A stretch of 64,000 nucleotides of DNA. Origin: Octopus sinensis (lineage: Eukaryota). Each line of letters begins with the position of its first letter. The first letter of the stretch is position 1. The position numbers were made by a program, and so were the translations under genes. Below are positions 1 through 14,328 of the stretch, piece after piece. The notes beneath the pieces are model-generated. The model saw nothing but the letters and a program-made list of their open reading frames with translations, did not search any database and was not told the origin of the DNA. The stretch lies in the NCBI RefSeq assembly GCF_006345805.1, contig NC_043014.1, positions 2,604,001-2,668,000 of the forward strand, read 5' to 3'.

Positions 1-328
1 TTTAGGACTAATGTTGCTGTAATTTAGCCCCAGGGACATCTCCAGCTGGCTATACGACCCGATCTGTGTCCTTATATTTTCGAACAAGGGAATCTAGCAC
101 CCCCACTCGTTATTCTGTGCTGATGAAGGGTAATAACCCAGAAATGCGATACACAGATATTGTTTTGAGCTGAGTGGGTGTGCTAGATTCCCTTGTTCGA
201 AAATATAAGGACACAGATCATGTCGTATAGACATTTGGAGACGATGTCTCCTGGGGATGAATTACAACAACATCCATCCTAAACCAGGACTGCCATATTA
301 TGTTGGCAAACAATCTTTACTACAAAGT
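1..328. mobile_element. Fold-back element with long inverted arms around a ribozyme-like loop (truncated by window start)
   Basis: 1-100 is the reverse complement of about 176-283. Further copies at 43697-43795 (partial), 44686-44905 (loop deleted) and 46143-46400. Confidence 0.75.
114..157 (+). ncRNA. Minimal type-I hammerhead-like motif in the loop of a fold-back element
   Basis: tctgtg-CTGATGA-a gggt aata accc a-GAAA-tgcga-TA-cacaga. 6-bp stem I, intact core boxes, stem II with an A.A mismatch at its base, short near-palindromic stem III. Confidence 0.6.
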
Positions 329-1007
329 ACTGTTGCTGAATTATCTTGCGTTGTGAGATTTTAAAAGTAGTAATTTTCTAATTTAGTATGCCTTTTTATT
401 CACATTGGTTTGATTTAACCCTGCATTATCTTGTAACTTTGAGATTTCAAAGACATTATTGTTTATGTTAGCATCGTATTCTAGGGTAGGTGCGAGAGTA
501 GCTGGTTTGAACTCAAAACATGCAGAAAACTTGTACTGGATTTGGCCTGTTTAAATGCTAAAGAGTTAGGTGGAAATATTACCCTGCTTGGAAGCAGGTG
601 AGACTTAGCAATGGGAAGGACATCCGATCATATTATATCTGTTTTAACAATTCATCTGACCCATGCAAGCATAGGAAAGTGGATGTTAAAACATTGTTGA
701 AGATTGATATATTTTCAAGATTTGCAGCATTCAGATGAGATTCTCAATTGCTGTCCTCCTTCCATGTTGGGCTTTAGACAATTGAAGTTCCACTAGTATT
801 TTGAGAAAACAATGGAATTTATAAGTTTATAGAGTCAAAAACTTGAAATCTCAAATAAGGGATTTCTTTAGAAAAAATAATATATTGGGTTGTTAGTTTT
901 CTGTCTTTTTCTACTTGGTACACCATTGTTATATGTTTGAAAACAAATCTTATAGAAATTTCAAAGACAAAAAGTTGTAGAAGAAATAAATCTACAAAAA
1001 TAAAACA

Positions 1008-1487
1008 TTAACCCTTTCGTTACCGTATTTCTGTTGAGATGCTCTGTGTTTCTTTCATTTACTTTAAATATTACAAAGAATTCAGTAAAATAACTTCGTT
1101 ATCATTCAGCTAGTGTTAGGAACATAAATTGTGACTAAGGTTTGGTTGAAGATTTTAATTCAGAACTTATGAAAACAAGACATTTGTACTCAGACCCAGA
1201 GACAGTTTCAGCCGTGTTGGTATCAAAAGGGTTAAGAATTGTTTCTCTATTATATATATTTTAACCCTTTTGTTACCATATTTCTGTTGAGATGCTCTGT
1301 GTTTCTTTCAATTGATTTTAAATATAACAAAGAATTTAGTAAAATAACTTAGTTGTCATTCAGCTAGTGTTGGGAACATAAATTGTGACTAAGGTTTGGA
1401 AGATTTTAATTCAAAACTTATGAAAACAAGACATCTGTACTACAGAGCCAGAGGCGGTTTCAGCCAGGTTGGTTATGAAAGGGTTAA
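1008..1487. mobile_element. Tandem pair of piggyBac-type MITEs (1008-1235, 1261-1487)
   Basis: Each unit starts TTAACCCTTT and ends AAAGGGTTAA; TTAA target site plus CCC...GGG termini is the piggyBac signature. The two units are highly similar. Confidence 0.8.
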
Positions 1488-1704
1488 AAAAGAAGGATAA
1501 AAATAGTTTCGTGTTGAGGCACAAGACATTGGAAAGGATTAAAATAAACAGGGGTTGGAGAAGCAAATTTATCTAACAATCCACTAACACAAAACAAACC
1601 CCAGTTATAAAAACTAACCCTGAACTCGAAGTATTATCCATTATTTTGTGTTTGGTGTATTCTTGTGTCCGTCATTGATGTTTGCTCCTCCATTTCCTTT
1701 GCAG

Positions 1705-1780
1705 TTGTGTGCATGGTGTGGACCAACATGTCCCTATGTTACATGTGGAGTCGATGATGACGTGAACAACAAACTGTTTG
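1705..1780 (+). CDS. Candidate internal exon of an unidentified plus-strand gene
   Basis: Strong pyrimidine tract ctcctccatttcctttgcag| and donor TTG|gtaggc. Only one frame is open: LCAWCGPTCPYVTCGVDDDVNNKLF. Protein family not recognised. Confidence 0.45.
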
Positions 1781-4700
1781 GTAGGCCTGTCTACCGCCAC
1801 TACTCTCCTACCACCACTACACACCTCCTACTACTGCTGTCGTCAGCGTTGTCTTGTCTTGGCTTTTTTAGTTTTATATATGTATATATATATATACACA
1901 CTCGACTTAATTGCGTATATATATATATATATATACGTCTGTATTGATGTAATTGTTGCTGCTGAGTGGAGTTTTTTTTTTTTTTTCATCTGTTCCACGA
2001 GATTTGTGTAAATATCTGCTTAGGCTGTAGACGATGGTAGCTCCTCACAGTTAAGCCCAGGCTGCAGCACTGCCTTCAGATGTAAACAAATATATGTTCG
2101 CTATTTTTCTCTTATGCACAGCCCACCCCCACAAACAACCAAAGCCTGTCCCTTTCGAAACTGTTGGGCTTGATGCCTTAAAAAAATTTATTATGATTGT
2201 ATTTGAATCCAAGCCAAGGTTAATTTTGCCTTTCATTCTTTCAGGGAAGTGGGGGAATAAAATAAAGTACTAGTGAAATACTGGGGTTGATTAAATTGAT
2301 TCCCTGCCCTCCCTCCTTCAAAACTGCTGTCCTGAAACCATTGAAGGTTGGGGGCAGTGGAAAGAACACTAGGGTCAACTTGTGCCTTCATCTTTTCAGG
2401 ATTAATGAAATTGAGTACCTGTGAAGTACTTCTCTCAGAATGGTTGGCCTTGAACTTAAATTTGAAACTTTTATATTTTTAAAGCCAGAATTATTAGGAC
2501 ACCTTTACATTCTGGGTTCAAATCCCAGAGTATCAAGTGCTTAAATTAAAAACCATTACATTTATTGTTGCATTGCTGAAAACTTGCTCTTTGGATATCA
2601 CTGTGTCTCGTATCTAGCTTAATCTTTTAATTCCCCCCTTTGATTTCTCCCTGAATTCTGAGATTAGAAAGAAAGGCTTGGGTTTATAAGATTTTTTTTT
2701 TTAAACAATTTATTTTTGAGTTCTATATTTTTATATTGTTTTTAATCCCTAAGATGTCATATAAATAACACAGCACCAGAATAGTGACCATTTGTCAGCA
2801 TTTGAATATGCTTGGATTGCATTTCCTGATAGTAAATTCATTGCTGTGTGATTTTTAGGCTTCATTTTGTTTTGTGTGAGTGACTGGAAATATGGAGAGA
2901 TAAGCTATAGGACTCCAGGTTTATTTATCATTTAAACACAACCAGTTCAGATTTTGGTATTGTCCATCTATATGCAGGATGACCATGACATTACTAGCAG
3001 CAGGGATGTTCCTGTCTTCACAGCAGAGGTGACCTGGTCTCTTTTATAAATACACAATACTTTTAGTACAGCTATCCCTGTTGACATAAATATGCAGTGC
3101 TCATAGCAGTTGTGATGGCCCTTGTCTGCTTGTGGTAGAGCACTCACATTAAGGGCCATGTTCCCTGTCAACATAAAAATAGAGTATTCACAGCAGAGGT
3201 GGATCTGTCGCTTTTACAAATACATTATGCTTATGGTCCAAATTAATAGGGCTCATTGTAGAGTTGTCTCTCTCCACATGAAAAATATATATTTTACTCA
3301 CAGTATGTTAGGTATTTCTAGTATCCAATATACACTAGATTTATGTTAGCACGTCGGGCAAAATACTTAGCAGTATTTCGTTTGCCATTATGTTCTGAGT
3401 TCAAATTCTGCCGAGGTTGACTTTGCCTTTCATCCTTTCGGGGACGATTAAATAAGTACCAGTTACACACTGGGGTCAATATAATCGACTTAATCCATTT
3501 GTCCTCTCTGTGTTTAGCCCCTTGTGGGTAGTAAAGAAATAGAAATAGTTATTTCATCTGCTGTTACATTCTGAGTTCAAATTCCGCCGAGGTTGACTTT
3601 ACCTTTCATCCTCTTGAAGGGTGGTCAATAAATTAAGTACTAGTTGCATACTGGGATTGATCTAATCGACTGGCCCCACTCCCCAAAATTTTCGGGCCTT
3701 GTGCCTAGAGTAGAAAACAATATACACTAGATTTGTTTGTCCCTTCTGGTAGTTTCAAAGAACTCACTCAGTTTGTCCAGGAGTTACTGTAATTACCAAA
3801 AAGGGATCAAAAAATTGTTACCACATTGGACAAAAGTGGTTGAGCATGGCAGCTATTCTTTGGCCTTAGTTTCTCTGCTGCATACTTGCTCAGCTATCAG
3901 GTCACCTTGTCAAGGCTTCACCAGATAGATGTGTCACAGCCATATAGTATGTATCAGCCTGTTACCATCCATTTAAATATACAAATACATAAACTGGTTC
4001 CAGTAAAATTCAGATACTTAAACCGTTCCACTTCCTGGGGTTTAATCTTTTAGCATTTAAATGAACCAAAATATTTGACGGGTTTTATGCTCAGACCAGC
4101 CAGATTGGGTCTCTCAGACCCATCTTACAATGTTCTAAAAATACAGAATCACACCATCAAAATCTTGAAGATAGAACAATTATGCATAATTAATTCAAAC
4201 CAATATCAATAAATAGGAATCATCATCGTTTAACGTCCGTTTTCCATGCTAGCATGGGTTGGACGGTTCAACTGGGGTCTGTGAAGCCAGAAGGCTGCAT
4301 CAAGCCCAGTCTGATCTGGCGGTGTTTCTACGGCTGGATGCCCTTCCTAACGCCAACCACTCTGAGAGTGTAGTGATTGCTTTTTACATGCCACCGGCAT
4401 GAGGGCCAGGCGAGGCTGGCAACGGCCACGATCGGATGGTGCTTTTTACGTGCCACCGGCATAATAATGCAATTTAATGTGAATGCTAAAGGGGTTGAAA
4501 TGTAATCAACCCTCTGGTGGGATTTGAGTAAATATCAGCATTTTTTTACATCTTCACTTTCCATGCTGATATGGCCTGAAGGAGATTTTGAGGCTGGGTC
4601 TAGGACTGGATTCTTTTATTACCAACTTCTGTTTCCAAATAAGCTGTGTTTGCTGGTCTTTATGCATGATACACTGCTGAATGACTGGAACTGTTTTTAT

Positions 4701-6321
4701 GGCATTCACAGATGTTAGTTGTCCACCAGATCCACTCACAAGGCCATTGTAAAAATGCACTTGACCCAGTGAGGATTGAACCTGAAATCAAGTAGTTGGG
4801 AAGTAAAATTTTCACTCAACCACACAGCCATGCATGTGAATGAAGATAGATGTTGAGTAGACTTGTTCGGTGGAAACTGAAAGAAACCTTATTGCCTGTA
4901 TTTATAAGAGAAAGATCTGGAAAATTTATCCATTACACATGTTTCATTTGCTAATAGGAATAAACTTGTACATGTTGGATAAACGTATAAGAAATTTCCT
5001 ATTAGAAATTTGTGAGAGAATCAAATAATTTCTCACCTAAATAATGTGTTGGTGTGAACAAGTTTGTATTTCCTTAATTTTCATATTTGATTAGAAACAA
5101 AGGCTGTGCTTGCAATCCTTTACAAAAACATATCTGGACTCCTTGACATATTTGGACAATCATTGTAATCAATGATTTATAAGGTTTCCAGTACTGCCTG
5201 ACTGGCCCCTGGTAAAAGCACCCACTACACTCTCGAAGTGGTTGGCATTAAGAAGGGCATCAAGATTGGAGCCTGGTGCAGCCATCTGGTTTGCCAGTCC
5301 TCAGTCAAATTGCCCAACCCATGCTAGCATGGAAGGTGGGCGTTAAATGATGTTTGTTTGATAGACTTTGAAATTACATTCTTTGGAAACAAATGAGGGT
5401 TGGGCCTCAAGAAGCACATCCAGATGGAGAAGACTGCTTCTCATCTGATCCATGCAGGCATGGAAAAGTGGATGTTAAAATGACGAATTGTGAAGCAATG
5501 GATTAGAATTAGCTGGGTATTGGGAAAATGCCTTGTGGTAATTGTATCTGTTGGTGTTCCAAGTTTAAATCCCACTAAGATCAACTTCGCCTTTTTTTTT
5601 TTTTTTAATATCAGTACCAGTAATGTTTTGGTCAATAGTATCGACTAGCCCTTACACCTAAATTAAAAACTAGTGGACAGGTCAGCCTTAAAGTTATAGC
5701 AATGCACTGGCCTGCTGGTTTCTTCTCTGGCCATCCCCAATGAGGAGGCCTTGTGTGTTATCTCCTTTGGTAACTCTTTCTTTGCCTCTTAATGTCAGCA
5801 TCTAACAAACAATGCCTGTTTCTTGGGGGTTTACCAGACATCCATTCCTTCATATTCAGTTCCACTAATTGAACAGTGACTAATTAGAAAGTGATTTGTT
5901 ACTGTATTTAATGGCAATTAAACGATGCACGACCACATTTCAGTTACTCATAATTCAGGAATAAAAAGAATTTTAGTACATTAAAGCACAAAAGCTCAAC
6001 TTAGTATATAATACAACTTTGGGTGGTATTCTTGGAAACAATTTCTTCAGTGGATGTTAAAATGAATTGTGAAGCTAGAGATTAGTAGGGTTTGGTAAAA
6101 TGCCTTGTAGTAATTGTATCTATTGGTGTTCCAAGTTTAAATCCTGCTGAGATCAAATTTGCCTTTTTTTAAAAAAATATCAGTGTATCTTATTTGCCAT
6201 CAAATACAAATTAAAGTTTTATTTCAAATTCTGCCCTTGATTTTATTATGATTGAATAACATTTTTTGTCTTTGCTAAGTTGGAACCTACTTTACTATTT
6301 CTGTCGTTTCTATCTTTACAG

Positions 6322-6770
6322 CTATGAAAAACGGTTATTTTAGAACCCAGATGAAATTGCAATCTGCTCAAGTACGAATCATCATCATCATCATGTTTCC
6401 ATTAGTATTTGGTTCCGCACCGTTTGTCACCAATTCAAAATCAGTGGTATGGATATATATACTACAACCGTTGACCATTAACTCTAACAAGACTTTCGGT
6501 TTTGTATTGACTGCATCGTTTGGAACGTTCCGCAGTTGGCTCACTAAACCTGCTTTTTCCACATCAAACCTCCATGCTCAACTCGTATCCATATTTTAAA
6601 AATGAAATAAAAATGTTTAAAAAATAAAAATCAATTTTTAATATTTTTCCCTAGAATTTCAACTTATTTAGCTACAAATAAAAAAAAAAACAACAGGAAT
6701 TAAAAGAAATTCCTCTCTTTGTAATTGTACAAAAATCTTGTAAATAAATAAATATATATATTTTGAATTC
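6322..6770 (+). other. Candidate terminal exon (coding part to TAA at 6599 or earlier, plus 3' UTR) of the same unidentified gene
   Basis: Acceptor ttctatctttacag|. Joining 1780 to 6322 gives an open frame (A)MKNGYFRTQMKLQ...; tandem AATAAA near 6744-6753 after an A-rich tract. The true frame is not established. Confidence 0.35.
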
Positions 6771-9700
6771 AGACCCTTGTGTACTCTGGACGGTATATTT
6801 TAGGGCCTTAAATGGTTGTGGGGTTAGCGAGGGGAAGATATTGTTGAGTCCTTGCTATTGAATGTAGACTGATTGAAAAGAGGTTTAGTGATTCGTTTTT
6901 GAACTTTTTCCTTTCTACACCCAATGGTGGCAATAACTTAGGGGACTGCAATACCACAAAATCTACAACCAATTTTGACTAATATTTTGCCAAAGATGGC
7001 ACGATGTAAATGATTTGTGAAACAACAGAACCAATATTAAATGGAAAAGATGGGTCCCCATATATAATAAATGATGGCTATGATCTTGTTCATGTTATTT
7101 TAGTAGCAAAAACTTAGTTGCTCTTTTAGTTTCTGTTAGCAACGATGTTTTTTAGTCTTGTCTTTTAGAATTTGCCATGTTTATGGAAGATAAGGAATGG
7201 TGTAATCAGTGACGAATGACATCCTAAGGGGGGTGAACTGGCAGAATTGTTGGAGGAATTGCACTGAATGCTATGCAGTATTTGTTTCAGATTTCTGTAC
7301 TGCAGGTTCAAATCCCACCAAAGTGTCCTTTGCATTTCAACTGGAGGGAGAGATGAGAAAAAAAGGATAGGTACCTGTGAGAATGTAGGACCAGGTGCCG
7401 TGTGGTTTTTTATGTTCAGGCTCTGGTCTGAATACTAATCTATGGGTGTTCCCACCCTATCACCACTTGGCACCTTGGTTGTTTTTTTTTTTTTCTCTCT
7501 CAGGGTCCACTTTAGCAAATCTTTGGGCCACATATCCCTAGTTTAGAGGCTACCTCTCTCTCTCCTACCAGTTCCAGAAACCCTGCAAAAGGTCATGGAC
7601 ACTGCCTAGTCCCTTGACAAGAAAAACATTGAATCCATATTCCCGGTTTTACACCAGTTCTTACAACAATGACATGGCTTAGTCAGCCTCTTCCGCAAAT
7701 AACTTTTCTTATTCTAAGTGTTTAGTTATTTTTATTCTCTTAGTTCTAGCTGAAACTAGTGTCAGCCAAACAGCACGGTGACCAGTAGCCATAATTTAAT
7801 CTCATTACATATTGATGTGTCTTCTTGTCCCCACTTCTCTGAGCTACCCAGTTCTAGTCCACCCCTAACACTTGTTCCTTTCCTCCAAGTTACCCCGGTT
7901 GTTTAGTTCACCTCTATCCACATCCTATTCATATCATAAACAATAAACCGATCTACTGACGAGTAGATGTGTCTCTTCGGAATCTCGACATTCTGTTGTG
8001 AGTGCCAAACTTATTAAAAATGGTTGTCATAATCATCACCATCATGATCATCATCATCATAATAATAAAAATTATCAAAAAAATATATATTCAATGAATA
8101 AAAAATTTAAAACAAAAAGGATTTCTCTTCTTTTCTTTTCAATAATTTAGTTTTTTGCTCCTTAACCCTTTCGTATTCTGATTTATCAAATGTGATATTT
8201 ACCTTATTTTGAATTAATCACGAATTATCTTGTGGCTTCAAGATAAGGCGGCGCGAGCTGGCAGAAACGTTAGCACGCCGGGCAAAACGCTTAGCAATAT
8301 TTCGTCTGCCGTTACGTTGTGAGTTCAAATTCCGCCGAGGTCGACTTTGCCTTTCATCCTCTCGGGGGTCGATAAATTAAGTACCAGTTACGCACAGGGG
8401 GTCGATGTAATCGACTTAATCCGTTTGTCTCCTGTGTTTAGCCCCTTGTGGGTAGTAAAGAAATAGAAATAGGTATTTCGTCTGCCACTACGTTCTGAGT
8501 TCAAATTCCGCTGAGGTCGACTTTGCCTTTCATCCTTTCGGGGTCGATAAATTAAGTACCAGTTACGCACTGGGGTCGATGTAATCGACTTAATCTGTTT
8601 GTCCCCTCTGTGTTTAGCCCCTTGTGGGTAGTAAAGAAATATATCTTGTAGCTTCAAGGTTTCAATGATGTGACAGGCCAGGTGTGGCTAGTTTCAACAT
8701 AAAACCTGTAGAATATTCAGGTGATTTGACCAGTTTAAATGCCAAAGGATTAAAATTATTTTTTGGAATCTTCGGGATTTGAAATCATAATCATCGTTTA
8801 ATGTCTGCTTTTCATGCTGGCATGGGTTGGACGATTTGACTGAGGTCTGGCGAACCAGATAGCTGCACCAGACTCCAATCTGATCTGGCAGAGTTTCTAC
8901 AGCTGGATGCCCTTCCTAATGCCAACCACTCCAAGAGTGTAGAGGGTGCTTTTACGTGCCACTGGCATGAGGGCCAGTTTGGTGGTACTGGCAACGGCCA
9001 CGCTCAAATGGTGCTTTTTATGTGCCACCTGCACAGGAGCCAGTCCAGCAGTACAGGTGACAACCTCACTCGAATGTTTCATCTGCCACTGGCACAAGTG
9101 CTAGAATTCCAGGAATCAACTTATTTTCAAACTTTTGGGTTCATATCCACAATGGTCATCATTGCTTTTTGCCATCCTTACATGGGGTGGCTTGAATTTG
9201 ATTTGCTACAGCTGGCTGCCCTTCCTATCGCCAACCCTCACCTGTTTTCCAAGCAAGGTAATATTTTCCCAAGGACAAACTGAAAATAAGGGACACTGCC
9301 AGCGCTGGATTAGCCATTAAATAAAATAAGCATGTGTTGAGGGCATCAAGGGAGAGGGGGCACCACAGAAATAGTAAATGGTTTACAGTACAAAAGAAAT
9401 CACTTTAAAATTACAGAGATGTACTTGCATGGCAAGTGACCTGATCCGAGATTGGGTGCTGGAATGAAAACAATTGCAGTATGGAAGGTGTTTATAAGCC
9501 ATTTAAAAACACACATAAAAACCGTTAGATTCACTTCAACATTTGACCTGTTCACTAACAAAATTCCATGCAGCATGGAATTTTGTCAGTAAACAGGTCA
9601 CCCCATCGAGTAAGGGAGACCGCTCACATCAGACGTTGGTCCCATTCGGGCTCCATAACAAAAGCAGTAATAAGTGGATTGTTCCAGGTTATCAACTCAC

Positions 9701-10799
9701 CTTGTATCAGCACAACTGATGCATTGGTATTTGCCTATTGAAAGGCGGCGAGCTGGCAGAATCGTTAGCATGCCGAGCGAAGTATTTCGCCCGTCGCTAC
9801 ATTCTGAGTTCAAATTCCACCGCGGTCGACTTTGCCTTTCATCCTTTCGGGGTCGATAAATTAAGTACCAGTTACGCACTGGGGTTGATGTAATCGACTT
9901 AATCCGTTTGTCCTCTCTATGTTTAGCCCCTTGTGGGTAGAAAAGAAATAGGTATTTGCTTATTGATCTACCATTGATATAGATATACAATATGGCAGAC
10001 TCACTTCAACCTTAGTTTCTTTACATTGTGAGAAATGTAAGGCAACGTCAAGCTTCTCCAGTTTGGTCAATCTATTGCACTTCATTCGGTTCTAGTCCTC
10101 ATGCATTTATGGTCTCTCTGGAAGTCTGGCACCAAGTCTTCCCATACTGTACCTAGTTTTTTACCATTTTCTTTCTCCCAATGTTCAAAGAGAAATTCTT
10201 ACCATTTCACATGGTTGGCAGCTACAGAATGACAAGCTGCAAGGTTACATTTTTAACTGGCAGCACCTCAGTGTTTTGCGGTGCCAGGGATTTCCTCCAT
10301 TGTAATCCCACCTCGCCTGAGGATTTTCAGAATTTTCTGAAGATATTGTGAAGTCATTTTCTGAAGACATCATGCTGGTTCCAGTTAAAAAAAAAGTGCC
10401 CAATATACTCTGTAAAGGGGTTGGACAATTGGAACCTGTTGTGGCCCCTGGCCTTAGCAGTTCCTGTCAAACCGTCCAACCCATACCAGCATGGAAATGG
10501 ACATTAAATGATGATGACTGGTGGTAGTTGTCCAGCTTCTTAACCACATTTCCTGTCATACAGTTCTTGTAATGGGTTATTAAAAAAAAAAACTGGCTTA
10601 ACGGAATCTATTACTTAGGTGCAGACACAATTGGGTGTTTAAGAACTTCATTTCAAAACCAACTGGTTTTCGGTTCAGTCCCAGTGCAGTCAAATGCCTT
10701 CTATTATAGCTCGGGGACAACCCAAGCCTGAGTGTGTCTGACAGATGGAAACTGAATGAAGCTTGTGTGTGTGTGTGTGTGTGTGTATCCATGCATGTG

Positions 10800-11260
10800 A
10801 TTGCCTTCCACCAGCTCACTGTAAAACAGTTTCTTTGGGTGACCTTTTTACGTGTCGGGTGGCCTGCCCACCTGATTTGTGTTCTATTCAGTGGTGTGTA
10901 AATGCTGGGTAGATCAGCTCGAGCAAGGACCTTTGTGTCTGGGGCCATGTCTTGCTAGGTGGTGCTCAGCAGTTCACGTAGAAGTGGTTCAGCTTTTTGG
11001 CTAATCAGATCAACCCTGACACAAGACCACCCTCCCTGGCAAAGCTGCACCAACAGATGCACCACCTCCTACAAACAGGGGGCACAAAGAAAGTGCAAAA
11101 TGTGCAAGTCCAGAGTGAAGTCCTTGCCTCTAGTTCTAACAGACCCCTAGAGTCCAACTGGTGACTGAGCCTTCCAAGCATGCATTAGACTGACCAGCCA
11201 GTTGGGACACACTGTTCTGTCCCCTTCTCCTATGTGATGTCCTTGGTCAGCATCAACAAC
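10800..11260 (-). mobile_element. RTE/BovB-like LINE fragment
   Basis: PDTKVLARADLPSI...QIRWAGH motif in the ORF track. Confidence 0.6.
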
Positions 11261-13975
11261 AAATGAACTAATAATACATACAGGTGTGTGTTAGTATAAC
11301 ACCTTTGCTAAATATTGCATCATAGGCGGGAGGGGAGCTGGCAGAAGTGTTAGCACACCGGACGAAATGCCTAGCGGTATTTCGTCTGCCGTTACATTCT
11401 GAGTTCAAATTCTGCCGAGGTTGACTTTGCCTTTCATCCTTTCAGGGTCAATTAAATAAGTACCAGTTACACACTGGGGTCGATATAATCGACTTAATCC
11501 ATTTGTCTGTCCTTGTTTGTCCTCTCTGTGTTTAGCCCCTTGTGGGTAGTAAAGAAATAGGTATTTCGTCTGCCGCTACATCCTGAGTTCAAATTCTGCC
11601 GAGGTTGATCTAATCGATTGGCCCCCTCCCCCAAAATTTCGAGCCTTGTGCCTAGAGTAGAAATGAATACTGCATCACAGTTTTAGTGTCTGATATTCTG
11701 TGAAAACATGTCCGGGCATGAGAGAGACATCACCTTGCGCAGAAACTAGTGAAAGTTGGTGACAGGAAGAGCATCCACTCACAGAAAAGGGCCTCAACAA
11801 AATCCTTCTAAACCATGCAAAGATGGGGGAAAGGTGGGCATTGATGATGATGATGATGATGATGGCTATATGCATGAAAAAAAAAAACAATAAGTATTGA
11901 CATATGCAATGTTCATTTATCTTTTGTTTCAGTCATTAGGCTCTGGCCATACTGGGGCACTCCTTGAAGACATTTAGTACTTATTCTCTCAGTCACTTTT
12001 GACAAACTGAACATTCACCTAATACATGAAGTTGTTGTGAGTCAAGCTGGGACCAATGTGGACAGTCTAATCTTGTGTTTTAGATAGCTTGTCATTAATT
12101 ACTCTTTTACTTGTTTCAGTCATTTGACTGCGGCCATGCTGGAGCACCGCCTTTAGTCGAGCAACTCGACTCCGGGACTTATTCTTTGTAAGCCCAGTAC
12201 TTATTCTATCGGTCTCTTTTGCCGAACCGCTAAGTGACGGGGACGTAAACACACCAGCATCGGTTGTCAAGCAATGCTAGGGGAACAAACACACACACAC
12301 CTACATATAGATATATATATACATATATACGACAGACTTCTTTCAGTTTCCGTCTACCAAATCCACTCACAAGGCTTTGGTCGGCCCGGGGCTATAGCAG
12401 AAGACACTTACCCAAGATGCCACGCAGTGGGACTGAACCCGGAACCATGTGGTTGGTTTAAACAAATTTTATGCACAACACAGTGGAAGTCACTTGTTGT
12501 TACCAGGGATAATGTAAGCGAAAGCTTATTGAGGATGTAAACAAACCAACACTGGTTGTCAAGCTGTGGTGGAACAGAAACATGGACACACACACACAAC
12601 AGGCTTCTTTCAGTTTCTGCCTATCAAATCCACTGGCAAGGTTTTTGGTCAGCTTAAGGCTACAGTGAGCCCTGCAGTAGGACCGAACCAAGGGGGAATC
12701 AAATTCATTACCACAGAGCCTCACCTGCACCCGTTGTGAGCATTATTATTATTATTATGTGGCGGATAACTGGCTTCCGTGCTGGTGGCATGTAAAAGGT
12801 GCCATTCGAGCATGATCGTTACCAGCATCGCCTTACTGGCACCTGTGCCGGTGGCATGTGTAAAAAGATTCGAGTGAGGTCATTGCCAGTACCGCCTGAC
12901 TGGCCCCCGTGCCAGTGGCACATAAAAGCACCCACTACACTCTTGGAGTGGTTGGTGTTAGGAAGGGCATCCAGCTGTAGAAACTCTGCCAGATCAAGAT
13001 TGGAGCCTGGTGCAGCCATCAGGCTCGCCGGCCCTCAGTCAAAATCGTCCAACCCATGCTAGCATGGAAAGCGGACGTTAAACGATGATTATTATTATTA
13101 TTATTATTAATATCCATTTGCCAGCCTCGTCTGGCACCTGTGCCGGTAGCACGTAAAAAGCACCCACTACACTCACGGAGTGGTTAGTCTTAGGAAGGGC
13201 ATCCAACCATAGAAACACTGCCAGATCAGACTGGGCCTGGTGCAGCCTTCTGGCTTCCCAGACCCCAGTTGAACCGTCCAACCCATGCCAGCATGGAAAA
13301 CGGACGTTAAATGATGATGATGATTATTAGTATTATTATTATTATTATGTGGTGAGGAAAACAACAAAAGTTAGTGGCTGATATTGTTAGACATGCGTTG
13401 CTGAGGGGTTAGCAAAATACACAACATCTGTTGTAAGATTTTACTGAACGATGGACTTACCTGAAACTCAGGGTGTTACACTGTGGGACTAAACCTGGTA
13501 TCAACAGGTATGGGTGATACTGTACTACCTCAGTTCAACAGGCTAAGCAAGCAGATATACAAGGGGCACAAAGGTTAACGAACATGGGAAGATAATTAAA
13601 AGCAAGAGCAAACAAAAAGAAAAAGAAGCACAATGAAATTTGTGTACGAAATTAATTTAATTTAATTTTAAAAAAAAAACAAACAGAAATTATAAACAAG
13701 TCCCTAAATGACATCTGGATATTAACTGGATATTATCTGGATCTTAATGGAATTTCTGCATTAACTGAATAGAGACAACCACAAACAATATGTATGTGTG
13801 TGTGTGCATGAGAGAAACCACAAATGGTATCATTTTATGCTTGTTTTCCATAACTGCATCGGTTGGAGAGTATGGAAAGTTGACAAAATGACAATGAGAT
13901 TACCATTTGTGGCTCCCCTTCTCATATATATAAAATTGTCTATATATCAGCATGTATGTATATATACATACATAC

Positions 13976-14011
<36 letters not shown>

Positions 14012-14027
14012 TTTAGATATTTCAATT

Positions 14028-14088
14028 AACCTGAAGATTGACTGTAACCATAACTCGAATTGTACAGCCATGAAACGATCGTAGTGTT
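14028..14088 (+). ncRNA. Degenerate minimal type-I hammerhead-like motif
   Basis: aac-CTGAAGA-ttgactgta...tacagccat-GAAA-CGATCG-TA-gtgtt. Palindromic stem III and GUA triplet; stem I is eroded. Confidence 0.55.
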
Positions 14089-14265
14089 TTACTCTTTATA
14101 TTTTATTAAACTTTTAATACTTTTGATATTTAAAATAACATAAATTAATTTTATGTATTGGCTTGTTTTTCATTGTTTGATTTGCCTAATAGTGGTTTTA
14201 TCTCTAATTTAATATAATATATATATATATATCTGTAAATTAATGTTACCATTATACAATAGTCA

Positions 14266-14328
14266 AGATAAAACTCTGAGTTTCAGATGCCGAAGTGGAA
14301 ATCCACAACACCATCTCTTCGGTTATCT
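14266..14328 (-). ncRNA. Hammerhead-like motif with a core substitution (CCGAAGA), between ~35-bp inverted repeats
   Basis: agataa-CCGAAGA-gatg...catc t-GAAA-ctcagag-TT-ttatct. 6-bp stem I; same ctcagag stem III as the 23680 motif. Flanking inverted arms at about 14231-14266 and 14343-14380. Confidence 0.55.

Noticed and set aside
8388-8657. Recurrent ORFs such as ...RPRKDERQSRPRRNLNSE... and ...AVFLQLDALPNANHS...
   Set aside because: They are translations of high-copy SINE families A and C, not a protein family.
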